Below are positions 18,109 to 26,854 of a stretch of DNA of 64,000 nt, in pieces. The position numbers were made by a program, and so were the translations under genes. Position 1 is the first letter of the stretch; every line of letters begins with the position of its first letter. The notes under the pieces were generated by a model that did no database searches, had not been told where the DNA came from, and worked only from the letters and a program-made list of their open reading frames with translations. Source of the stretch: a virus; the IMG/VR virus record IMGVR_UViG_3300008255_000003, positions 65,897-129,896 of that record; one strand, 5' to 3'.

Positions 18109-18118
18109 ACGATCGGTG

Positions 18119-19018
18119 ATGGTGTCTGTAGGAGCTGAAGCTGCTGTGTTGCTGCTTTGGATTTTGGAAGTTTCAGAACACACCCTTCATGGTGATAAGA
18201 TCCTGTCTGAGCTTAGGCCGGATCTTGATGTTTATCTTGGCCTCGCCGGAAACTCACAGAGCCTTGTTGGTGTGCTTTGTGCTGAGGGCTGGCTGGTTGA
18301 GACTGAGTGGCCTAACTTTGTTGAGGTCGGGCAGCTCATGGATGACGGCATGGTGAGGATTCACTTTGACTGCGTGTTCACAACATCAGTCATGGAAGCC
18401 CAGGCCAAGGCCAAGCGTGATAAGATCCTCGCTGATCGCACGCAACGGTTGCATGTTAAAAGCTCAGATAGTGAGGCGAAGACTGATCAGGCCAGTGTTG
18501 AAGAGCCTAGGTCTGCTGCTGTTTCTGACCTTATTGATGCGATCACTGCCAAGTCTGACAAGGTGGCCAGTGAGAGCATTGAACGGCGCCGCAAGCGCGC
18601 TGCTGAGAAGCCACCAAAGCCTAAAGCTGAGCCTAGAAAGACATCGGCAACTGTCTTTGCAGAATGGAAGGTGCTTTATTCTGCCCAATATGGAGAGCAG
18701 CCGGAGTCAATGTTTAATGGTGGTAAGCTTTCTGCCGAGGGTGGCCGTATGAGTACGGTTGTCAAGAAAGCTGGCAGTGTTGATGCGGCTCTTGCGTTCA
18801 TCCGAGAGGTCATGGGAAGGCATGGCGATTACGCCAAGCTCTATCGACATGCTGGCGTGTTTGATGGTGCGTTTCTCTTGAGGATAGTTGGCGAAGTGAC
18901 ATTTGCTCAGTCCCGCGACCTTGATCCCATCAAACACATACAGTCAATCAAGTCGTCTCCCAACGCATCAGGCGCGAAGGATAAGGCTAAGGGTGCTGAG
19001 TTTAAGGATGACTTCTAG
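18119..19018 (+). CDS. Putative replication initiator-like protein
   Basis: Directly before the DnaC-like and DnaB genes; N-terminal winged-helix-like region and basic linker; assignment is by gene order. Confidence 0.45.
   Translation: MVSVGAEAAVLLLWILEVSEHTLHGDKILSELRPDLDVYLGLAGNSQSLVGVLCAEGWLVETEWPNFVEVGQLMDDGMVRIHFDCVFTTSVMEAQAKAKRDKILADRTQRLHVKSSDSEAKTDQASVEEPRSAAVSDLIDAITAKSDKVASESIERRRKRAAEKPPKPKAEPRKTSATVFAEWKVLYSAQYGEQPESMFNGGKLSAEGGRMSTVVKKAGSVDAALAFIREVMGRHGDYAKLYRHAGVFDGAFLLRIVGEVTFAQSRDLDPIKHIQSIKSSPNASGAKDKAKGAEFKDDF
18438..18456. repeat. Dispersed palindrome, copy 7 (one core mismatch), inside a CDS (TQRLHV)
   Basis: GCACGCAACGGTTGCATGT. Confidence 0.8.
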
Positions 19019-19021
19019 GAG

Positions 19022-19699
19022 ATGAATATGATTTATCGACCCTGGATGCCTAACCCGCGCGAGCTGGGAGAGGCAGATATGCAGGATATGCTGTTACCTA
19101 GGCGTTACTGGGTGACTGACCCGAGCTTGTTTCCCGATGGTGCCGTTGAGACTACTAGCGGCGTCAATAACCTCAACCGTGGCAGGAGCGCTAAGGCGGT
19201 GCTTGAGTCCTACATCTCAAAGCTTGAGATGGCGCGCCTCAACGGCCTTAACCTTTGGCTTGCTGGAAGGAATGGCGTTGGCAAGACAGCGGCAGCCGCC
19301 CACCTGCTAAAGCTCTTTAGGTCGCACGGTCAGACGTGTCACTATGTCCACGCTGAGACTTATCGATCTATCAACTTTAGAGATCGTGAGATACCAGACC
19401 AAGGCTTGCTATCTGCAATCTGCATGACGTCTGATGTCCTGATGATTGATGAGGTAGGCAAAGAGGCTCCTGACAATAGCGGCTTCTTTGCATCGCGGCT
19501 TGAGTACCTCCTGCGAGAGCGCTATGCAAATGGTGCTGTAACTATCGTAACCGCCAACTTTGGGGTCCATAGGATCTGTGAGGTCTATCCAGACAAGATG
19601 AGCCTCGCGCACCTCCTGAGTCAGTCTTATGGTCAGGTAGCTTGCAATGGCAGGGATCTTCGGGAATCCATCGATCGAGTGGGGTTTGATACAATATGA
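19022..19699 (+). CDS. dnaC: DnaC/IstB-like AAA+ ATPase (helicase loader)
   Basis: Walker A GRNGVGKT, Walker B VLMIDEVGKE, LLRERY...TIVTAN; adjacent to DnaB. Confidence 0.8.
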   Translation: MNMIYRPWMPNPRELGEADMQDMLLPRRYWVTDPSLFPDGAVETTSGVNNLNRGRSAKAVLESYISKLEMARLNGLNLWLAGRNGVGKTAAAAHLLKLFRSHGQTCHYVHAETYRSINFRDREIPDQGLLSAICMTSDVLMIDEVGKEAPDNSGFFASRLEYLLRERYANGAVTIVTANFGVHRICEVYPDKMSLAHLLSQSYGQVACNGRDLRESIDRVGFDTI

Positions 19700-21024
19700 G
19701 TAGTGATAAGGTCAGGGTTCCTACACTTGGTGAGATCGTTCTTAGGATGGCATTGTTTGAACGCAAGGCCGTCTATCCTATCTGGGATTTAGGTCTTAGG
19801 ATTGAGCACTTCGATCCTACGGTGCAGGCCGCATTCAAGTTCATTGAAAAGTATCGATCTAACAATGAAGGCAAGCTGCCTGGCGATGCCATTCTTGCTA
19901 GTGAGATGGGTTGGGGTGACTATCCAAGCGTGCGCGACTTTAGAGAAGAGGCCACCTTTACCTATTTCGCAGAGATGATGCGCAGGAACGCGCTCTATGA
20001 GATCTTTAGGCGAAGGATGTCTGAGGTTGAATCAATGCTGCGCCAAGGGCCTGACGAGGTAGACAAGGCTCTTGAGACGTGGCTTGATCTACCTGATGAC
20101 ATCGTTGGCCTTCGGGGTGGCGTGGGCTCTCTTGTGGTGCCTGTCAACTCTCTATATAAGGACATGATGGGCAGTTACGATCGATACAAGGCTGGCGAGG
20201 TCGGCATTGATCTTTACTGGAAAACCCTTACTGATGAGGCGCTCTTGCAGCCTGGCCAGAATGCTTGGATTGTTGGTCGCCCAGGAACAGGCAAGACGTG
20301 GCTCATGCTTATGCTCGCTGAACACATGGTGGATCAGGGCCTCAAGGTCTTATTCGTCTCACCAGAGGTTAGGGGGGTTTCTTTCGCTGAGCGCCATGTA
20401 GCTCGCGCGCTCAAGCTCAATTACCTTAAGCTTATTCAGGGTAAGCTTGACCCGCTCCAAGAGCAGTTATTGCGCAACCATGTTGAGAAGGTGTCGCTTA
20501 GTCCTAATGAAGGTGTCCGTGTTGCATCGTCAGACTTTCAACCTTCGCGTGAGAAAGTTGAGGCCATGATTGAGCGTGAAGATCCTGATGTGATCTTTCT
20601 CGACTCAGTTTACCTCTACGGCAAAGGTCGCTCTCGCGGTGACGTTCTGGCGTCTGTGGCGCCTTGGATTGTGCAGTTGTGCTCTTGGGGCAGGCAGCGC
20701 AATGTGTTTGCCACTGCGCAGCTCAACCGCGACGCTGGCGATGAGTCTTCCGTTACTGGAGATAACATCTACGGCACTGATGCAATCTTGCAGGATGCAG
20801 ACGTCATCCTTGGCATGATACAAAGTGAGCAGATGCGCAAAGATCACCAGATGCTCATAAAGTTCCTGAAGCGAAGGCGCTCCACCTATAAGATTAATGA
20901 GTTCATGATCGAATGGGATATGGCGCGCATGTCTTTCGAGGAGATCATCAGGGCACCAAGGGTTACTCAGCCTAACTTTGCCAACGCAGCCACACCAGGC
21001 TTTGACACTTCTGTCCCATTTTAA
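19696..21024 (+). CDS. dnaB: DnaB-like replicative helicase (SF4)
   Basis: GRPGTGKT, FVSPE, VIFLDSVYL, TAQLNR, ILQDAD. Confidence 0.9.
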   Translation: MSSDKVRVPTLGEIVLRMALFERKAVYPIWDLGLRIEHFDPTVQAAFKFIEKYRSNNEGKLPGDAILASEMGWGDYPSVRDFREEATFTYFAEMMRRNALYEIFRRRMSEVESMLRQGPDEVDKALETWLDLPDDIVGLRGGVGSLVVPVNSLYKDMMGSYDRYKAGEVGIDLYWKTLTDEALLQPGQNAWIVGRPGTGKTWLMLMLAEHMVDQGLKVLFVSPEVRGVSFAERHVARALKLNYLKLIQGKLDPLQEQLLRNHVEKVSLSPNEGVRVASSDFQPSREKVEAMIEREDPDVIFLDSVYLYGKGRSRGDVLASVAPWIVQLCSWGRQRNVFATAQLNRDAGDESSVTGDNIYGTDAILQDADVILGMIQSEQMRKDHQMLIKFLKRRRSTYKINEFMIEWDMARMSFEEIIRAPRVTQPNFANAATPGFDTSVPF

Positions 21025-21054
21025 GACCGCCCACCAGGGGCTTAAGGAGGTAAA

Positions 21055-21378
21055 ATGCTAGAGTTGAAAGTTATGAGGGTCACTAATGAGCTAAAGTCGC
21101 GAGGCTTTGAGACGAAGATTGATGATGAGGTTGAAGGCGGCTTCGGCGTCTTCATCCTTAATATTCTCATGGTGCATGTGGTTCTGGATGAGTCGGACTT
21201 AGATAAGACTGACATGGAGATCTGTGACAGCATCGCCGCCTCAGTGAGGTCATACATTCACGGTGATGAGAATGATGATCTTGAGGGTAAGGCGCGGATC
21301 GATCCAAAGCTAGGGGCACGCCTTCGTCAGCTAGAGGGCGATCTTTACACCAAACGTCTCCTCAAGGCCGGGGTCTAA
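21055..21378 (+). CDS. Hypothetical protein
   Basis: Strong RBS AAGGAGG. Confidence 0.65.
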   Translation: MLELKVMRVTNELKSRGFETKIDDEVEGGFGVFILNILMVHVVLDESDLDKTDMEICDSIAASVRSYIHGDENDDLEGKARIDPKLGARLRQLEGDLYTKRLLKAGV

Positions 21379-21379
21379 G

Positions 21380-22069
21380 ATGCTCTCAGGTAAAGAGATT
21401 AGGCAGGCTATTGAGGATGGTGTCATCATCTTCAGGAAGAATGTGGACGGCGAGCTTGTGGACTGCGAGGGTGTTGATCTCAACTCAGTCGGCCCAAACT
21501 CGCTTGATGTGCGACTTTCAGATGAGCTGAAGGTGCATGTTGATAACGTTGGAAACGTTTTGTCGTTCAGGGATTGCGGCAAGGTCGTTCTTGGTCAGGT
21601 ATCACCAGGCATTGCTAACGACAATCTACGGTCTGGATTCAAAGAGGATGGCTGTCTCTTTGACCCTGGAAAGAAAGTTAAACCTGCCGAGGCCGCCGTT
21701 AAGATCCCACCTTCTGGACTGCTTTTGATCCCAGGTGTTTGTTATTTGGGTTTAACGGTAGAGGTGGTGGGGTCTAATGATCTGGTTCCAGTCATGCACG
21801 GCAGGTCTTCTCTTGGCCGCACGTTCTTTGAGCCCCATTGCGTCGCAGGCTTTGGCGACCTTGGGTTTGTAAACCAGTGGACGCTTGAGATCATGGCCAG
21901 GCTTCCCATAGTGGTATATCCAGGGATGCGCGTTGCGCAGTTGGCGTTCTATCGAGTAGGAGATCTTCGCGGTAACGATAGCTATGCAGATCGTCCTACC
22001 AGTAAATATGCGAAGACTGTTGGCGCCACATCATCGCTCTTACATCGTGATGGCGAGTTCTCAGAATAG
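21380..22069 (+). CDS. dcd: dCTP deaminase
   Basis: PNSLDVRL, GRSSLGR, AGFGDLGF...TLE, YPGMRVAQLAF, C-terminal KY. Confidence 0.9.
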   Translation: MLSGKEIRQAIEDGVIIFRKNVDGELVDCEGVDLNSVGPNSLDVRLSDELKVHVDNVGNVLSFRDCGKVVLGQVSPGIANDNLRSGFKEDGCLFDPGKKVKPAEAAVKIPPSGLLLIPGVCYLGLTVEVVGSNDLVPVMHGRSSLGRTFFEPHCVAGFGDLGFVNQWTLEIMARLPIVVYPGMRVAQLAFYRVGDLRGNDSYADRPTSKYAKTVGATSSLLHRDGEFSE

Positions 22070-22070
22070 C

Positions 22071-22089
22071 GCTTGCAACGGTTGCATGT
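22071..22089. repeat. Dispersed palindrome, copy 8, just after the dcd stop
   Basis: GCTTGCAACGGTTGCATGT. Confidence 0.9.
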
Positions 22090-22146
22090 CTGATCTTAAT
22101 ATCCTTGCGTGGCCTTGTCGGGTCACGCTTTTCTATTGGAGTTAAT

Positions 22147-22530
22147 ATGCGTTTTCTTGGTGGTACGATCCTGCCCTTGCAGGAGGGCGACTTTATGATT
22201 AGGAGCACTGATGATCCTAATCCAGAATATCTGCGTGTCGTTGAGATTGTGAGTGTTGAGGATGGTGAGATAGAGATCGAGGCCATTGACAGTAAGGGCG
22301 AACGCGTATCGTTCTACTGCCTGGTTAGTCGAGTGGCCGATCTCGTCATGATAAGGCATGAGGACGCATCGAGCGTACACAACCTTGAGCTTAGGTGCCG
22401 TGAGGTTATGCTCTTGTGTGAGCTTGAGCGTTGTCAGTCTAACGTGCTCAAGCTTGAGATCATGAGGGCTCTTGGTGCGTTGAGGTCTGTGATGACCAAG
22501 TTGGGCATGCGGCGCTCTGAGGTGGGTTGA
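22147..22530 (+). CDS. Hypothetical protein
   Basis: ATG 22147 after GGAG. Confidence 0.6.
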   Translation: MRFLGGTILPLQEGDFMIRSTDDPNPEYLRVVEIVSVEDGEIEIEAIDSKGERVSFYCLVSRVADLVMIRHEDASSVHNLELRCREVMLLCELERCQSNVLKLEIMRALGALRSVMTKLGMRRSEVG

Positions 22531-23717
22531 TGGATACGGGTAAGGTCATTGATGTGTTGAGGCTCCTTGGATGCACCGACATTGACAGCCGCCCATCATC
22601 ATCAGGATGGCTCAAAGCGAGCTGTCCTTTTGCTCGGTGGAATCATTCTGGAGGCACTGACTCAAGCCCTTCATTTGCCGTCAATGTCACTGGTGAGCGC
22701 GTAGGCTACTGCTGCTTCTCTTGCCATGAGAAGGGCGGCTCTCTAAGGGGTCTTACGAACAAGATTGCCAAGCGAACAGCCGTTCCTTGGGATGTCCAAA
22801 TGCTTGTGCAGCAGATTGAGGGTAGCTACAGTCCAAAGCCGTTACAGTCAGACCCGGCCAAGGTTGGCTATGACATCAAGATGCCGATCTTTAGCTCTGC
22901 TGATGAGTCTGATCTTTTCCAGCCGTCAATCTTTGGTGAGTCTGAACCTGCAACGGTTGCATGTCTTGAGGAGTCAGACCTTGCCAGTTATAGCAACACC
23001 ATACCTGATTACCTTGTAAGGCGTGGATTTGAGGTTGCTGAGCTTAAGCGCTGGGGCATCATGACTGATAGTTACAATCCAAGGTTTGAACGCGCGGTGT
23101 TTCCTGTAAGGGATGCTCAAGGCAGGCTTCTGGCCTACTCAAAGCGAGCGACATGGGATAAACCGATCTGTCAGAATTGCGGCTATTCATCACCGCCTGA
23201 TGAGAAGTTGATGTTGATGACTCCCACGGACGCTAAGCGTGTGTCATGTAGGTGGGGTCAAAGACACTGCCCGTCATGCAACCGATGGGTTTGGCCTAAA
23301 TATCAACATTCCAAGGGTTACAAGCGTAACAACTATCTCTACGGTGAGCATCTTATTGACCCTGCGCTTCGAGCGGGTGTATTGGTTGAGGGTAATCTTG
23401 ATCCGATAAAGCTCAGTCAGTATGGCGTGAAGAACGCTGTGGCCAGTTTGGGGTCAATGCTTGGCACGGGTTGGGGCGACAAGTCTTCACCTGGCGAGCA
23501 ACTTTGGAAGTTAAATCAGCACTTCGATCTAGTCTATGCCGTCGCTGATGGTGATGTGGCTGGTAAGGACTGGCTGTCAACGTTGACCAAATTTTTCGCC
23601 GGAAAACCACAGCTTTTGACTGTGATCCCGATAGAATTAGGTCGTGGTAAAGACCCTGGCGATTTGGAAAAACATGATGTAGATTATTTGTTCAGTGGAA
23701 CGAAAGTTCTAAAATAA
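22530..23717 (+). CDS. dnaG: DnaG-type DNA primase
   Basis: CHC2-type finger CPFARWNH...CFSC; TOPRIM LVEGNLD and VADGDVAG; KDPGDL. Confidence 0.85.
   Translation: MDTGKVIDVLRLLGCTDIDSRPSSSGWLKASCPFARWNHSGGTDSSPSFAVNVTGERVGYCCFSCHEKGGSLRGLTNKIAKRTAVPWDVQMLVQQIEGSYSPKPLQSDPAKVGYDIKMPIFSSADESDLFQPSIFGESEPATVACLEESDLASYSNTIPDYLVRRGFEVAELKRWGIMTDSYNPRFERAVFPVRDAQGRLLAYSKRATWDKPICQNCGYSSPPDEKLMLMTPTDAKRVSCRWGQRHCPSCNRWVWPKYQHSKGYKRNNYLYGEHLIDPALRAGVLVEGNLDPIKLSQYGVKNAVASLGSMLGTGWGDKSSPGEQLWKLNQHFDLVYAVADGDVAGKDWLSTLTKFFAGKPQLLTVIPIELGRGKDPGDLEKHDVDYLFSGTKVLK
22946..22964. repeat. Dispersed palindrome, copy 9, inside the primase linker (PATVAC)
   Basis: ACCTGCAACGGTTGCATGT. Confidence 0.9.
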
Positions 23718-23780
23718 CTCAGGTGAGTTTTTGGAACAGAAAGGATGCGATATCAGCATCCCACAATGGAAAGGTGGACT

Positions 23781-24743
23781 ATGAGTTGGGTCAATCGCGA
23801 AGCCCCACCGTCTGTGAATACAGGCTTTGATCGCTGGGGTATCTGGTCTTGGTATATTGGCGGCAAAGACGCCAGGGTGCCCAAGAAGATCATGTTTGTG
23901 TCTGAAGAGCCCGTGCAGATCGAGATGCACAGCTTCAAGGCTGGCAAGTCATACGGCAAGATGACATGCCCAGTCAGGTATGGTGTGGATAAAGAGTGTC
24001 CGCTGTGCACCGATCCTGATAGCTCTCGCCAGGGGTCATATTACTGTTACACGGTGATTGATCTGGATGGCTATGAAAGGGATGGCGTTCACCAAATGAA
24101 GCTCATGCCGTTCCTGGCCTACCAGAAGACGCGGGCGCTTATCGACCTTGAGGCCGCGAAGTTTAGCAAGCCCTCCATTCAAGGCGCAGTCTTTGAGGTT
24201 GTCAGGCTTGTTGATGGCAAGAAGGGTTCATCTCAAGGTGATGTCTGGAAATACCTTGGTCATGATGACGTCGCGCAGTTCTCGGCCAAGTATACTGAGA
24301 GCCTTAAGAGTAGCTTGTCATACTTCCCAGAAGAGTATGGCATGATTCATCCTAAGACGGGCGCACTGGTGGCCAGGCCGATTGATTTTACAAAGCTGCT
24401 TGAGCCTATGAAGGCGGAGCATATGCGTCAGTACCTCGCCATGAAGGGCTGGGTGTCACCAGACCAGCGCCGCCCACAAGCCCAGGCGTGGGGTCAGCCT
24501 CAGCCAGCTTATGGTCAGCCTGCCTACGCCCCACCCGCCTATGCTCAGCCAGCTTATGGTCAGCCTGCCTACGCCCCACCCGCCTATGCTCAGCCACAGG
24601 CACCTGCTTACGCCCAACAACAAGCCCCCACTTACGCCCCACCTCAAGCGCCACCTCATGCGCCTAATCACAATGCTGGTTATGGCCCTCCCAGCGCCCA
24701 TCCTAGCAAGGTGGCGTTTGATGATGAGGACATTCCGTTCTAG
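23781..24743 (+). CDS. ssb: Single-stranded DNA-binding protein (T4 gp32-like) with a Q/P/A/Y-rich linker
   Basis: H...TCP...CPLC zinc signature, YCYTVIDL, and SSB-type acidic tail FDDEDIPF. Confidence 0.75.
   Translation: MSWVNREAPPSVNTGFDRWGIWSWYIGGKDARVPKKIMFVSEEPVQIEMHSFKAGKSYGKMTCPVRYGVDKECPLCTDPDSSRQGSYYCYTVIDLDGYERDGVHQMKLMPFLAYQKTRALIDLEAAKFSKPSIQGAVFEVVRLVDGKKGSSQGDVWKYLGHDDVAQFSAKYTESLKSSLSYFPEEYGMIHPKTGALVARPIDFTKLLEPMKAEHMRQYLAMKGWVSPDQRRPQAQAWGQPQPAYGQPAYAPPAYAQPAYGQPAYAPPAYAQPQAPAYAQQQAPTYAPPQAPPHAPNHNAGYGPPSAHPSKVAFDDEDIPF
24501..24596 (+). repeat. Perfect 45-bp tandem duplication encoding QPAYGQPAYAPPAYA x2
   Basis: 24501-24545 is identical to 24546-24590, plus a partial third copy. 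Confidence 0.95.
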
Positions 24744-24767
24744 GGTTAAGCTCGCTGGCTAACGTAT

Positions 24768-24793
24768 GGGCCACCTTGTGAGGGTGGCCCTTT
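24768..24793 (+). terminator. Intrinsic terminator after ssb
   Basis: GGGCCACC/GGTGGCCC stem followed by TTT. Confidence 0.7.
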
Positions 24794-24821
24794 ATCTTGG
24801 ACTTTTAGACTAGGTATAACG

Positions 24822-25448
24822 ATGAGTTATCCAATTCATGATTGGTGGCCTGACGAGCATAAAGAGCGTGTCAAGGCTTACAATGAGGCAGTCGAGCGCA
24901 ATACAGCACTAGCTGACAATATCAGGATCAACCCTAACGTTGTCTATGCCCAGCACTCGCCTGAGATCAGGGCGTCAGGCAATATCCTTATCAGTCAAAA
25001 GAACATGCTGGCTGGCATTGAGACTGTTAGGCTTGGTTATGGTGTTGTGCTTAAGGTTGGTGATCGCGTCCAGTCTAGGCTAGGGATAAAGGCTGGTGAT
25101 GTGCTCGTGTATAGCGCCATGTTCGGGATGAGATTCTTCGGCAGGTTCTCGTCATACAAGGGCCTTGGTTGGCATGAGCACGAGAGTGATGAGCATCGCA
25201 TCTTCACCTGCTTTACTCGCAAAGAAGGTAAGAAGCTCCACATCTATGACGCCGAAGCTCTTGGGCTCTGGTCCTCCAGTAATGGCGAGACAGCCAAACT
25301 TAAGTCCCCCCTAGATCTTGGTGGTGTCATGTATCGCCAAGGTCAAGAGGTCTTGATCGTCGATGATCACTACCTGAACGGCAATAAGGTTATGGTTTCT
25401 TTGGACGGCCAAAGTGCTTGGCTATCCAGAGAGGCCTTGGCGATCTAA
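24822..25448 (+). CDS. GroES-like co-chaperonin domain protein
   Basis: IRINPNVVY...ASGNILI...GVVLKVG...IKAGDVLVYSAMFG parallels GroES P..D.V...T.GGI.L...G.V.AVG...VK.GD.V.Y..Y.G. Confidence 0.5.
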   Translation: MSYPIHDWWPDEHKERVKAYNEAVERNTALADNIRINPNVVYAQHSPEIRASGNILISQKNMLAGIETVRLGYGVVLKVGDRVQSRLGIKAGDVLVYSAMFGMRFFGRFSSYKGLGWHEHESDEHRIFTCFTRKEGKKLHIYDAEALGLWSSSNGETAKLKSPLDLGGVMYRQGQEVLIVDDHYLNGNKVMVSLDGQSAWLSREALAI

Positions 25449-25480
25449 CGCAACGCAAGTCCCCTTAGTTGGAGAATGAG

Positions 25481-26788
25481 ATGCCCTTGAAAAGACTTAA
25501 TAAGAGCACGCTCTATGGTGAGAGTTTGCATCCTGATGTGGCTGCAACGCTAGGTGCTAAGATGAGCCGTGCTTACGATCTCATGGCAAAATGGGATGAC
25601 ATTGTAGACAAGTCACCACCCGAGCCTTGGGATGTTAACGATCTGCCGCCTCCAGTTAAAAGCTTCGTGAGCACAAACCTTGGCAGCTATGGTCACGCAT
25701 CTATTGCTGAAATGGCGCATATCTTTGTGGCCGTTAATGACATCGGCTGGCCTGCTTCATGGTTGATGCTGGATACGCCGCTCTTTGTTGGCCAGGAGAA
25801 CAGCTCGCGAGTTATCGATCAGACTAACTTGGGTTCCCAAGGTCCGTGTCGCTTTGCACCTCAGCAGGCCCTTGATCTTCATGATGAGTGGATGGAGCTT
25901 TACAACTCCACTGAAGGCGCAGGCGTTAAAGGTGCTTATAAGTTTGATGACAGGCGCTTTGTCTTGCCAGGCACGGCTAAGACTGGCGTTGTGCTCGCAG
26001 GGATGACAACTCGCGCAGCTTCGCGCCACCTCCAGCGACTGTCTGGTCTTGGGGGTTGGATTAAAGAGATGACTGCTGACTTTAAGGATGGCATCAAAGC
26101 CTGCGCCCCTAACGTGGCGGCAGCGCTAGACATCGACAAAGACCGTAACTCAAGCTCTTCATTCTTAAAGAATGGGCCAGGCATCATCACGGTGCGTCAG
26201 GATCGCATCAACGCCCCATGTGAGATTTACGACCGAGAGAGCCATACATATCTTGAGCACCTTGTGAGTATTGAGCTTAGGGATGATGATGGTTCTGATG
26301 AGCTTGACTACATCAGCGCTGGCGCTGACCACAGAAATGGCCGTGGTGACTATCTCGATGAGGCGTACCACCACGGACCAGACTTCAAGCTGAAGCAGAT
26401 GTTGAGCGTGGGAACAGCTCGGGATGAGCATCGCCACCGCCCAATGATGCCCTATAAGCTTGATGTTGTGATCGATCGCCAAACCGATCTTCTCGCCAAG
26501 ATCCCATACTGCCCGATAGAGATCCCTGACGACTTGTGGAGGCGTACTAGTGAGGCGTTCCATGACATCTATCGAAGCGGTGATAGATGGGGTGCGCTTT
26601 ATGCCCTGCCCTTCTGTGCGATGCTCAACATGACCTCAGTGTCAAAGCTTCCAGACATCGTTTACAAGCTTGAGCTTAGGGCATACGCTAAGGGCGCTCA
26701 CTGGGAGTATCGTGATCAGAACATGGCACTACTTGAGCAACTTAGGGAGATCTTATCGGATGAGTTCATAGAGCTTGAGCAGATCTAA
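25481..26788 (+). CDS. thyX: Tandem-domain ThyX/Thy1-like flavin-dependent thymidylate synthase
   Basis: YGHASIAE, QENSSR, RFVLP, RDEHRHR, ALYALP, ELR...AHWEYR. Confidence 0.7.
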   Translation: MPLKRLNKSTLYGESLHPDVAATLGAKMSRAYDLMAKWDDIVDKSPPEPWDVNDLPPPVKSFVSTNLGSYGHASIAEMAHIFVAVNDIGWPASWLMLDTPLFVGQENSSRVIDQTNLGSQGPCRFAPQQALDLHDEWMELYNSTEGAGVKGAYKFDDRRFVLPGTAKTGVVLAGMTTRAASRHLQRLSGLGGWIKEMTADFKDGIKACAPNVAAALDIDKDRNSSSSFLKNGPGIITVRQDRINAPCEIYDRESHTYLEHLVSIELRDDDGSDELDYISAGADHRNGRGDYLDEAYHHGPDFKLKQMLSVGTARDEHRHRPMMPYKLDVVIDRQTDLLAKIPYCPIEIPDDLWRRTSEAFHDIYRSGDRWGALYALPFCAMLNMTSVSKLPDIVYKLELRAYAKGAHWEYRDQNMALLEQLREILSDEFIELEQI

Positions 26789-26807
26789 ACGTGCAACGGT
26801 TGCATGT
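26789..26807. repeat. Dispersed palindrome, copy 10, abutting the thyX stop
   Basis: ACGTGCAACGGTTGCATGT. Confidence 0.9.
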
Positions 26808-26812
26808 CATAC

Positions 26813-26838
26813 GCTGGAGGCTTACACCTCCAGCTTTT
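26813..26838 (+). terminator. Intrinsic terminator just after palindrome copy 10
   Basis: GCTGGAGG/CCTCCAGC followed by TTTT. Confidence 0.65.
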
Positions 26839-26854
26839 CTTTGGAGCCTATGTC

